Shown here piece after piece: positions 8,272-15,850 of a stretch of 17,400 bases of DNA. This DNA comes from an uncultured Verrucomicrobiales bacterium. Its GTDB lineage: Bacteria; Verrucomicrobiota; Verrucomicrobiia; Verrucomicrobiales; DEV007. The translations under genes and the position numbers were made by a program. Each line of letters starts with the position of its first letter. The stretch's first letter is position 1. Under the pieces are notes generated by a model. The model worked only from the letters and a program-made list of their open reading frames with translations, was not told the DNA's origin and searched no databases. The DNA lies in NCBI GenBank assembly GCA_938091905.1, contig CALKOM010000041.1, positions 1 through 17,400 on the forward strand, given 5' to 3'.

Positions 8272-9207
8272 ATGAGCACGTTCTTTGCCAAACTGACTAA
8301 TTTATTTGCCCTTTGGGTCGTCATCGGCTCGGCTTGGGCTATTGCAGTGCCGGCCCATTTCATATGGTTTCGGCCGTGGATCCCTCTAGCCCTGGGTATC
8401 GTCATGTTAGGAATGGGGCTGACTTTGCGTTGGGAGGATTTCCGCGAGGTGTTTCGACAACCGGTGAGCGTAGTGATTGGTGTAGTCGCCCAGTTCGTGA
8501 TCATGCCATCGCTCGCCTTCGTCTTTGCCAAGGTGTTTCGGCTAGAGCCAGAATTTGCTTTGGGGCTCATTCTCGTGGGCTGTTGCCCCGGGGGAACGGC
8601 TTCCAATGTAATCGCCTTTCTCAGTGGAGCCAACGTGCCGCTTTCGGTGCTGATGACGATGTGTTCAACGCTCCTCTCGGTAGCACTCACGCCGCTCTTG
8701 GTCTTCTGGTTGGGTGGCTCGACGCTCGAGACGGAAGTGCTACCGATGATGAAAAGTATGGTGATGATCGTGCTTCTGCCAGTCATCGGCGGCATGGTCC
8801 TCAATTACCTGTTCCCAAAACTGATTGATCAGGTAGGGCGTACGTTTGCGCCGCTGGTCTCGGTTCTTGCTGTGACGATGATCGTGGCCTGCATTGTGGC
8901 CTTGAATTTGGACAAGCTGGCGGCGCACTGGAAGTCGCTTGTTCTTGTGATCGCGCTCTTTGATTTGTCTGGCTTCATCCTGGGCTATCTTGCTGCTCGT
9001 GCCCTACGGCAACCTGAGCGTTTCTGTCGCACGGTATCGATCGAGGTAGGGATGCAGAACTCAGGACTGGCCGTGGCTTTAGCAAACAAGCATTTCCCGG
9101 TTGGCGCGGTGTCGCTCCCCGGGGCGATCTGTGCGGTTTACCATTGCCTGCTGGGTAGTCTCATTGCCACGCTCTGGAGACGATTTCCGCCCCGGGATCA
9201 AGCTTGA
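8272..9207 (+). CDS. Bile acid:Na+ symporter (BASS/SBF) family transporter
   Basis: MLGMGLTL...DF; AQFVIMP; GLILVGCCPGGTASNV; IEVGMQNSGLA..LA are BASS signatures; about 9-10 TM helices; G-rich SD-like GGGGGGA upstream. Confidence 0.95.
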   Translation: MSTFFAKLTNLFALWVVIGSAWAIAVPAHFIWFRPWIPLALGIVMLGMGLTLRWEDFREVFRQPVSVVIGVVAQFVIMPSLAFVFAKVFRLEPEFALGLILVGCCPGGTASNVIAFLSGANVPLSVLMTMCSTLLSVALTPLLVFWLGGSTLETEVLPMMKSMVMIVLLPVIGGMVLNYLFPKLIDQVGRTFAPLVSVLAVTMIVACIVALNLDKLAAHWKSLVLVIALFDLSGFILGYLAARALRQPERFCRTVSIEVGMQNSGLAVALANKHFPVGAVSLPGAICAVYHCLLGSLIATLWRRFPPRDQA

Positions 9208-9227
9208 TTTGGGCACAACTTTCCGTT

Positions 9228-9256
9228 TTCACAGGGGACAGTCGCGTCTATACACT
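9228..9256 (+). promoter_or_regulatory. Putative sigma-70 promoter, likely leaderless, for the TPR-AAA operon
   Basis: TTCACA (9228-9233), 17 nt, TACACT (9251-9256), then 7 nt to ATG 9264. Confidence 0.55.
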
Positions 9257-9263
9257 GGATTCT

Positions 9264-10700
9264 ATGTCAGATATGGAGTCCTTGCGCCGCGCGCTCGCGG
9301 AGTCACCGGAGAATGTGCCTCTGCTGCAACTCTACGCCCAGGCGTGCGTGGAGGCTTTTTCGTTGTCGGAGGCGCGTGAAACCTTTGAACGGATTCTGAA
9401 CATTCAGCCTCACTCTTCAGAGGCCCGCCTGGGTGTCGCCAAGGTGCTTTATTTCGAAGGCAAGACTTCAGAGGCTGCGATCCGGGCAGAGACCTTGGTC
9501 AAAGAGAAGCCAGACTTTGCCCCAGCCTTTGTCTTTCTGAGCCGTCTCTATCTTAGTGAGAACAACAAGGCGCTGGCGGAGGATTTTTACGAGCGAGCGA
9601 TCGCCCTGAGCAAGCAAGTAGCGGATAGTGCGCTGGAGAAAGAGTTAGGCCTCAGTCGGGAACGCATGGAGAAGGTAGAGAATGAAAAGTCTGGGGATCA
9701 GCGTTACCTTTTCGGAAGTGAGTGGAAGGAAGAGGATCCTGATTCGCCTCCTGGTTCCGAAGATGATTACTTCTTCGACGATGATGACGACGAAGATCCC
9801 TTTAGCAATCCGCAGCGTGATTTTTCCCTAGCAGACTTCGAGAGACCAAAGGTGAGCTTTGCCGATGTCGGCGGCATGGAGGATCTCAAAGAAGAGATTC
9901 GCATGAAAGTGCTCTATCCGATGCAGAATCAAGAACTCTTCAAGGCCTATGGAAAGACGGTGGGAGGTGGCGTTCTGCTTTATGGACCTCCTGGTTGTGG
10001 CAAGACCCTGATTAGCCGTGCCGCTGCGGGTGAGATCGATGCAAACTTCTTCTCGCTTGGCCTACATCAGGTCTTGGACATGTACATTGGTAACAGCGAA
10101 AAGAATCTGCATCAGATTTTTCAATTAGCCCGAGAGAAAGCGCCGTCTGTCATCTTCTTTGATGAGGTGGACGCCCTTGCTGCTGATCGCAAAGACCTCA
10201 AGCAGAGTGCTGGGCGCACCTTGATCAATCAGTTCCTATCTGAAATGGATGGGACAGATTCAAATAATGAGGGTGTGCTCGTGATCGGGGCCACCAATGC
10301 ACCTTGGCACATTGATCCTGCTTTCCGTCGGCCTGGACGTTTTGATAGGATAATCTTTGTGCCGCCACCCGATGAGGTGGCTCGCGAATCAATTGTCCAG
10401 GTGATGGCGAAAGACAAACCGATCAATGATCTAGACGCACGCATGTTAGCAAAGAAGACGAAGCACTTCTCTGGAGCTGATCTCAAAGCGATCTTTGATC
10501 AGGGCGCAGAAGAAGCGCTCACCTTAGCGATGAAGGAGGGGCGCATCGTTCCAATGAATACCAAGGCCCTTGTGAAAGTAGCCAAGTCCATCGTCCCATC
10601 AAGCAAACCGTGGTTTGAGAGTGCAAAGAACTACGCCATGTATGCTAACCAGAGCGGGTTTTACGATGACGTGTTGAGCTTTCTCGGTATCAAGAAATGA
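9264..10700 (+). CDS. TPR-domain AAA+ ATPase (classical clade, single AAA module)
   Basis: About 3-4 N-terminal TPR-like repeats (ARETFERILNIQP, AEDFYERAIAL); acidic linker; VSFADVGGMEDLKEEI; Walker A GPPGCGKT; pore loop MYIG; Walker B VIFFDEVD; SRH ATNAPWHIDPAFRRPGRFD. ATG 9264 preferred over the TTG at 9204. Confidence 0.93.
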   Translation: MSDMESLRRALAESPENVPLLQLYAQACVEAFSLSEARETFERILNIQPHSSEARLGVAKVLYFEGKTSEAAIRAETLVKEKPDFAPAFVFLSRLYLSENNKALAEDFYERAIALSKQVADSALEKELGLSRERMEKVENEKSGDQRYLFGSEWKEEDPDSPPGSEDDYFFDDDDDEDPFSNPQRDFSLADFERPKVSFADVGGMEDLKEEIRMKVLYPMQNQELFKAYGKTVGGGVLLYGPPGCGKTLISRAAAGEIDANFFSLGLHQVLDMYIGNSEKNLHQIFQLAREKAPSVIFFDEVDALAADRKDLKQSAGRTLINQFLSEMDGTDSNNEGVLVIGATNAPWHIDPAFRRPGRFDRIIFVPPPDEVARESIVQVMAKDKPINDLDARMLAKKTKHFSGADLKAIFDQGAEEALTLAMKEGRIVPMNTKALVKVAKSIVPSSKPWFESAKNYAMYANQSGFYDDVLSFLGIKK

Positions 10701-11980
10701 GTTCGGTTCAGGGTCAGCAAGGTGATACAGGCGAGCCCGATGTCAGGCGCGCCGAGCATTTGGAACAAATCGGGCGAACGGAGGATGCTCTCAGTGCCTA
10801 TCGTGCTGCCTTGGCGATTGATCCAAAGAACGCCGACTTATTGCGTCGATTTGCTCACTGTCAAATGCGCTCGGAGAAAGAGGCTGAACATGCGTTAGGC
10901 ACGATTGATCAAGCGGTCGCTTTGGTGCCGAATGATCCCTACAATCACGTGGTGCGATCGTTAGTTCTTGCCGATCAGCGTAAGCCGAAACTGGCGGTGG
11001 CAGCAGCTGAAGAGGCAATCGCGCTTGAGCCTGAATTGTCTATTGGTCATACTGCACTGGCAAACGCCTACTTGAAACGCCAGTCTTGGCATGCGGCCGA
11101 GGTTTCAGCAAAGAAGGCACTTTCCTTGGACCCTGACGAAGAAATGTCGGCAAATATTCTGGCCCACGCGCTCTTTTGTCAGGGGAAGCAGGTTGAGAAC
11201 CAGGTACATATTTCAGGTTTACTCCATCAAGATCCCGAAGATCCCTACACACATTATGCTGCCGGATTAGCTGCCTTGCAGGCGGAGAAGTATCAGAAGG
11301 CGGAGGAGCACTTTTTGGAGGCGCTTCGACTGAATCCTAACTTTGATGCCGCTCGTGAGGGGTTGCTAAATGCCTTCCGGGCACGCTCCTTTGTCTATCG
11401 AAGCTATCTCCGCTACGCCTTCTTCATGACACGGCTGACGAGCGGTCAGCGCTATGGCCTGATCATCGGATTGCTCCTTGCAGTCCAGCTCCTTAAAGGT
11501 GCCTTCCGCAATGTGTCACCTGGCATTTCTACCGGCATAGGCGTGGTCTACATGCTCTTTGTGCTCTGGACATTTGTGGCGAGGTCGGTTGGCTCGCTTA
11601 TTGTGCTGGGTGATCATAAGGCACGCCGGGCGCTCCGTTTCATGGAGCGGTTGGATGCCGTTGTCGTTGGTGGTGGCGTGGTTGTTGGCCTTGTCTTGCT
11701 CTTGGCCGGATTTGTCCTGGGGCAATCACCACTGATCGCTCTGGGAGGAGGCTGCATATGCATGGCGGTTCCTGTGGTGATGGCACTAACGAATGAGCAC
11801 CCCAAAGGGAAATTTCTTTACGGCTTGCTCGGCCTGATCAATGTCATCGCGCTTTTGGCGATGGTCGTAGGTCTGGTCGTGCCGGGCCTTGATCTGATGG
11901 ACTCCGCTCGCACTGCAGGGTTTCTGACGTTGATTGTGACGACGTGGCTGGCTGTGTTTGGAGTTCTTTACCGCAACTAA
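10697..11980 (+). CDS. TPR-repeat protein with a C-terminal polytopic membrane domain
   Basis: About 6 TPR-like repeats (ALSAYRAALAIDP, AAEEAIALEP, AKKALSLDP, HFLEALRLNP) then about 6 hydrophobic segments; no signal peptide; ATGA overlap with the ATPase stop. Confidence 0.88.
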   Translation: MSSVQGQQGDTGEPDVRRAEHLEQIGRTEDALSAYRAALAIDPKNADLLRRFAHCQMRSEKEAEHALGTIDQAVALVPNDPYNHVVRSLVLADQRKPKLAVAAAEEAIALEPELSIGHTALANAYLKRQSWHAAEVSAKKALSLDPDEEMSANILAHALFCQGKQVENQVHISGLLHQDPEDPYTHYAAGLAALQAEKYQKAEEHFLEALRLNPNFDAAREGLLNAFRARSFVYRSYLRYAFFMTRLTSGQRYGLIIGLLLAVQLLKGAFRNVSPGISTGIGVVYMLFVLWTFVARSVGSLIVLGDHKARRALRFMERLDAVVVGGGVVVGLVLLLAGFVLGQSPLIALGGGCICMAVPVVMALTNEHPKGKFLYGLLGLINVIALLAMVVGLVVPGLDLMDSARTAGFLTLIVTTWLAVFGVLYRN

Positions 11981-11991
11981 TCGACGCAACG

Positions 11992-12939
11992 ATGGGGAAG
12001 ATACTTGTTCTTCGAGGTGGAGCCATTGGAGACTTTATCCTGACGGTTCCTGCGATCCGGCTGCTGGCGGAAGGTTTGCCTGAAGCTGAGTTGGAAGTGA
12101 TGGGCTACAGTCCTATCATTAGCCTGGCTGAAGCTTCTGGCTACGCTAAGAGGACGCGTTCGATCGAGTATGGTGCGCTTGCATCATTCTTTGCCAAGGG
12201 GGCCACGCTAAACGAGGGGCTCTGCGCTTACTTTGCTGAGTTTAGTGTGGTTGTCAGCTATCTCTACGATCCTGACGGGATCTTTCGTGAGAATCTTGAG
12301 CGCGCGGGGGTGCAGATGCTCATCGAGTGTTCTCATCGAGTGGCGAATGAAGGACCGCCTGCGGCTGAACAGCTCGCAAAACCGTTAGAGAGGCTCGCGC
12401 TTTTTCTTGAAAGGGATACAGCAAACCCCTTGTTGAAGATGCCTCTGCCGATCGTGGATGAAGCAAGAAGCTTTCTTGGTGACCACGCAGGTCCTATCAT
12501 CGCAGTACACCCGGGAAGTGGAAGCCCTTACAAGAATTGGGAGCTGGACAGATGGCGGGACGTTCTCCTCAGATTGTACGAAACTAATTCAACCAGACGA
12601 TTTCTCGTTTCCACGGGTGAAGCGGAGGAGGCTGCCGTCTCGAAGTTTCTTGAAAGTCTCGATGCATTAGACTTGCCCATTGTTCGGGCAAATCGTTTGC
12701 CCCTACCTGTGCTTGGGGCTGCGCTGTCACGCTGTCGGCTCTATCTCGGACACGATAGCGGTATTTCTCATCTGGCTGGTGCGGTGGGAGTGCCTAGCCT
12801 CGTTCTCTTTGGGCCGACAGAAGACTCTGTCTGGGCGCCACAACATGAGCATGTCCGAGTGCTAAAGCACCCTAGTGGTCTTCTCAATGAGATCACCGTG
12901 CACGACGTCGTCGCAGCAGCAGAAGCGAAGTTGAATTGA
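11992..12939 (+). CDS. Glycosyltransferase family 9 (ADP-heptose:LPS heptosyltransferase-like)
   Basis: KILVLRGGAIGDFILTVPAI; IAVHPGSGS..KNW; YLGHDSGISHLAGAVGVPSLVLFGPT....WAP are GT9 motifs. ATG lies 11 nt after the upstream stop. Confidence 0.93.
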   Translation: MGKILVLRGGAIGDFILTVPAIRLLAEGLPEAELEVMGYSPIISLAEASGYAKRTRSIEYGALASFFAKGATLNEGLCAYFAEFSVVVSYLYDPDGIFRENLERAGVQMLIECSHRVANEGPPAAEQLAKPLERLALFLERDTANPLLKMPLPIVDEARSFLGDHAGPIIAVHPGSGSPYKNWELDRWRDVLLRLYETNSTRRFLVSTGEAEEAAVSKFLESLDALDLPIVRANRLPLPVLGAALSRCRLYLGHDSGISHLAGAVGVPSLVLFGPTEDSVWAPQHEHVRVLKHPSGLLNEITVHDVVAAAEAKLN

Positions 12940-12944
12940 GAAGG

Positions 12945-15584
12945 CTACTTTGCTGCCGGTGCCTCTTCTTTCTTTTCAGTCTCTAACGACTCTTTGAATC
13001 GTGCGCGTAGGGTCTTTATATCGCTGTTGAGCTGCTTGAGTTGCGCCCGCAGGTCACTGACGTCTCCTCGGAGGCGATTGACTTCTGCTGGCATCGGAGG
13101 AGCTGCTTGTTTGCGCAATTGGTTGAGCGCATTCTGTGCTGCCTTGGCATCAGGAGACTCTTTGTCAGCCACCACGTAGGATTCTAGCAGAGGTGCCGCT
13201 TTCGCGTCTCCAAGAGCACCGAGTGCGCCCATGGCAGCGCGGGCAACATTGCGTTTCAAGTGATCGACGTGTTGCATGAGAAAGGTACGAACTTCGATCT
13301 TGGAATCCTCATTCCGAGCGAGATGGCCAAGGACGCCTAGCGCCGAAGCAAATCCGCGGCTGGTGAACTTGGCTTCTTCGGTTTCGAGAGCGCGCCTGAG
13401 CGGTTCCACAAAGGAGGGGTCATCTTGTGAACGCATGGCATCAATGGCCGCGCGGGTAATGGCGTGTCCATAGGAGTCGCTCTGAAGCAGCTCCAGGAGA
13501 TAGTTCATCAGCTCTGGCTTGGCATATTTACCGATGGCGCGGATGGCGCTTGTACGGATTTCTGGATTGCCTTCCTGATCGGCCACATTCTTGAGCGTAT
13601 TAAAGGCATCATCTGAGTAATACGATGTTAGGGCCTGGACAACGGCTTTGCGAACGCGAGCATCTGGTTGAGCGAGAGATGTTTGCAGAGCTGTAAACGC
13701 TTCATCATTGTGGATGCTCTGCAGACCTTGAGCCGCAGCGACACGGACGGCGAAGAAGGTGTCCTTATTGAGAGCAGCCTTCAGCTTTTCAACGTTTCTT
13801 TTGTCTGCGAGCTGCTTCGCGGCTTCGAGGCGCCCAATGGCATCGGTCTTATCCTCGATCTGAGCGATGAGTTGCTTCTCAGAGGGCTTGAAGTTAATCT
13901 TCGCAAGGACGGCTAGGTCAGGATCGATACGTACAATGTCAGGAGCTTTGGACAGGCCAACATAAAAATCTTCTCGATCTTGAGAGATGGTGATCGTTTC
14001 GTTGTGGACCTCGTCGCCTAGTTTGAAACGGATCTGAAGAGGGAATTCGAAGAGTGGACGTTTCTCATTCTTCATCTGATCCTGGGTGATGGTGAGCTTG
14101 GCTTGTTTGGCCAATTCGTCCCACCTGTAGTCGACCTTCAATGTTGGGTAGCCCGAAAGGTAGACCCATTGATCAAAGAACTGGGAGAGGGATCGGCCGC
14201 TCAGTTCTTCTAAGATTTCGACCAAGTCTTGGGTCACGACTGTCTTGTAGGCGTGCGTTTCAAGATACGTTTTCACGCACCGGCGAAACAAGTCTTCGCC
14301 AAGTTCGGTCCGTAGCATGTGAAGCACCCAGCCACCTTTCGGGTAGGCTCGGAAACTGAATTGTTCCATGGGTTCACCATAGCCCTTGTAGACGATCGGT
14401 ATGATATCTTTGTCATTCCGGAAGATGCCTTGAGCATTCCGATAGAGGCCATACTTGAAGAAATCCTCTCCTTGAGAGTGACGATCATAGAGAAGGGAAT
14501 AGTAGGTAGCAAAGCCCTCATTTAACCAGAGATGGCTCCAATCTCGACAGGTCACCAAGTCACCAAACCATTGGTGGGCTGCCTCATGTGCGTCCAGGGA
14601 GCGGCTACTCTTTAGATTCTCGATCTCATCTGGAAAGAGGGTGTCCACAGTGAGAGTCGTTAGGCTGGTGTTTTCCATGCCGCCAAACATGTAGTCGATC
14701 GCACAGACGTTGTAGTATTTGTCCCAAGGGTAGGGGACACCGATCTCGTCTTCGAAGTAGGCGAGGATTTTCTTCGTATCGAGAAAAGTATTCTTTGCGA
14801 GAGCTTTCTTGGAGGGAGGTACATACAGGGCGATTGGAATATCGCGATAGGTGTCTTCGAGCTTCTCAAAGTAGCCAGCGACCAGGGTGATGAGGTAGTT
14901 CACATGAACCTTGTCTTGCAGCCAATGGAATGTCTTGAGTTCTCCATTCGTTTTCTCCTCGACCAAACGCCCATTGGAGAGTGCAACCATATCGTTCGGC
15001 ACATGGCAGATGACTTCGGTCGTGAATTTCTCATTCGGATAGTCGTGGCTCGGAAACCAGTGCTGATGGTCTTGAGGCTCGCCTTGAGTCCAGAGTTGTT
15101 CGTCGCCCGGAGCGTAGCCCATTGCCGCTGAGCGGAAGAATAGGCCCTTCTTAGGCATGGCATTATATCGAATCACAACTTGGGCTTCGGTTGAGGTCGG
15201 AATTGGTTCCGTGAAAGTGATCTCGAGAAACTCGTCGGTCTGTTGATGAGCGGCGATCGCCTGCCCGCTTGTGATCTCGTGGATTTGCAAGCCCTTGGCG
15301 TTCAGACGCAGCTGGGATACGGGCGTTGCTATGGGTGAAAAGTTTAAAGTGGCGGTTCCCTCTAATTCTTGGGTATCGAAATCTGGCGTGATTTCTAGTT
15401 TTAGGTGGAGCATGTCGACAATACGGTCTGGGGCATACTGGTTCTTGGGAGAGGCTCCAGGTTTGGAGAGATCGTGGGCGGCCATGATCGCGCAGTGCGC
15501 GCAGTGATACTGCTCCTCTGCAGCTAGGGGGAGGAGCGTGGTCGCTAGGCTGGTCGCCCCAGCAAGTAATTGTCTGATTTCCAT
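12945..15584 (-). CDS. M1-family (PepN-like) aminopeptidase with signal peptide, HEAT repeats and C-terminal coiled coil
   Basis: GGMEN (GxMEN); HEAAHQWFGDLVT...WLNEGFATY (HExxH-x18-E); AYPKGGWVLHMLR; HEAT-like repeats (VRVAAAQGL, VRKAVVQAL, IRTSAIRAIG). Start ATG 15584 (MEIRQLLAGATSLATTLLPLAA). Confidence 0.93.
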   Translation of the reverse strand: MEIRQLLAGATSLATTLLPLAAEEQYHCAHCAIMAAHDLSKPGASPKNQYAPDRIVDMLHLKLEITPDFDTQELEGTATLNFSPIATPVSQLRLNAKGLQIHEITSGQAIAAHQQTDEFLEITFTEPIPTSTEAQVVIRYNAMPKKGLFFRSAAMGYAPGDEQLWTQGEPQDHQHWFPSHDYPNEKFTTEVICHVPNDMVALSNGRLVEEKTNGELKTFHWLQDKVHVNYLITLVAGYFEKLEDTYRDIPIALYVPPSKKALAKNTFLDTKKILAYFEDEIGVPYPWDKYYNVCAIDYMFGGMENTSLTTLTVDTLFPDEIENLKSSRSLDAHEAAHQWFGDLVTCRDWSHLWLNEGFATYYSLLYDRHSQGEDFFKYGLYRNAQGIFRNDKDIIPIVYKGYGEPMEQFSFRAYPKGGWVLHMLRTELGEDLFRRCVKTYLETHAYKTVVTQDLVEILEELSGRSLSQFFDQWVYLSGYPTLKVDYRWDELAKQAKLTITQDQMKNEKRPLFEFPLQIRFKLGDEVHNETITISQDREDFYVGLSKAPDIVRIDPDLAVLAKINFKPSEKQLIAQIEDKTDAIGRLEAAKQLADKRNVEKLKAALNKDTFFAVRVAAAQGLQSIHNDEAFTALQTSLAQPDARVRKAVVQALTSYYSDDAFNTLKNVADQEGNPEIRTSAIRAIGKYAKPELMNYLLELLQSDSYGHAITRAAIDAMRSQDDPSFVEPLRRALETEEAKFTSRGFASALGVLGHLARNEDSKIEVRTFLMQHVDHLKRNVARAAMGALGALGDAKAAPLLESYVVADKESPDAKAAQNALNQLRKQAAPPMPAEVNRLRGDVSDLRAQLKQLNSDIKTLRARFKESLETEKKEEAPAAK

Positions 15585-15726
15585 AGAATCTAGGTTTACT
15601 TCAAGAAGGTGGATCACCAAACGGCGAAAGCAACTGGCAATCAGGACGATACATGCCTGAGCAAGAAGCTGCAATCGGAGACCCAAGGACACTGATTTCT
15701 TCAATGGTACGTAATTTGTCGAGAGT

Positions 15727-15742
15727 TGGCACGGCCAATGCT
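15727..15742 (+). promoter_or_regulatory. Sigma-54 (RpoN) -24/-12 promoter of amt
   Basis: TGGCACG-GCCA-ATGCT matches the consensus TGGCACG-N4-TTGCW with one mismatch and exact GG-N10-GC spacing, 108 nt upstream of the amt ATG. Confidence 0.82.
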
Positions 15743-15850
15743 TCCCGTTGCAAGAACATCGCTTTGGTTCGATTCCTTGGTGGTGAGTCTCTAGCAAATA
15801 AACCAATTCATCTCCTTCTAACCACATTAACTAACAGTTGAACGTTCACT

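Noticed and set aside
9204..9263. TTG start giving a BASS/AAA overlap
   Set aside because: A promoter-like element and ATG 9264 give a better start; the extra 20 residues are not domain-like.
9762..9797. EDDYFFDDDDDE as a eukaryotic FFAT (VAP-binding) mimic
   Set aside because: It lacks the small residue at FFAT position 5, and there is no secretion signal or host-association evidence.
15721..15792. GGTTCGATTCC (15766-15776), a tRNA T-loop-like motif in the amt leader
   Set aside because: Only 2 bp of T-stem pair, no acceptor, D or anticodon stems can be built, and the region overlaps the sigma-54 promoter.
15585..15827. 81-aa N-terminal extension of the aminopeptidase in the ORF track
   Set aside because: It runs through the divergent amt promoter, is not protein-like, and a good signal peptide begins at ATG 15584.
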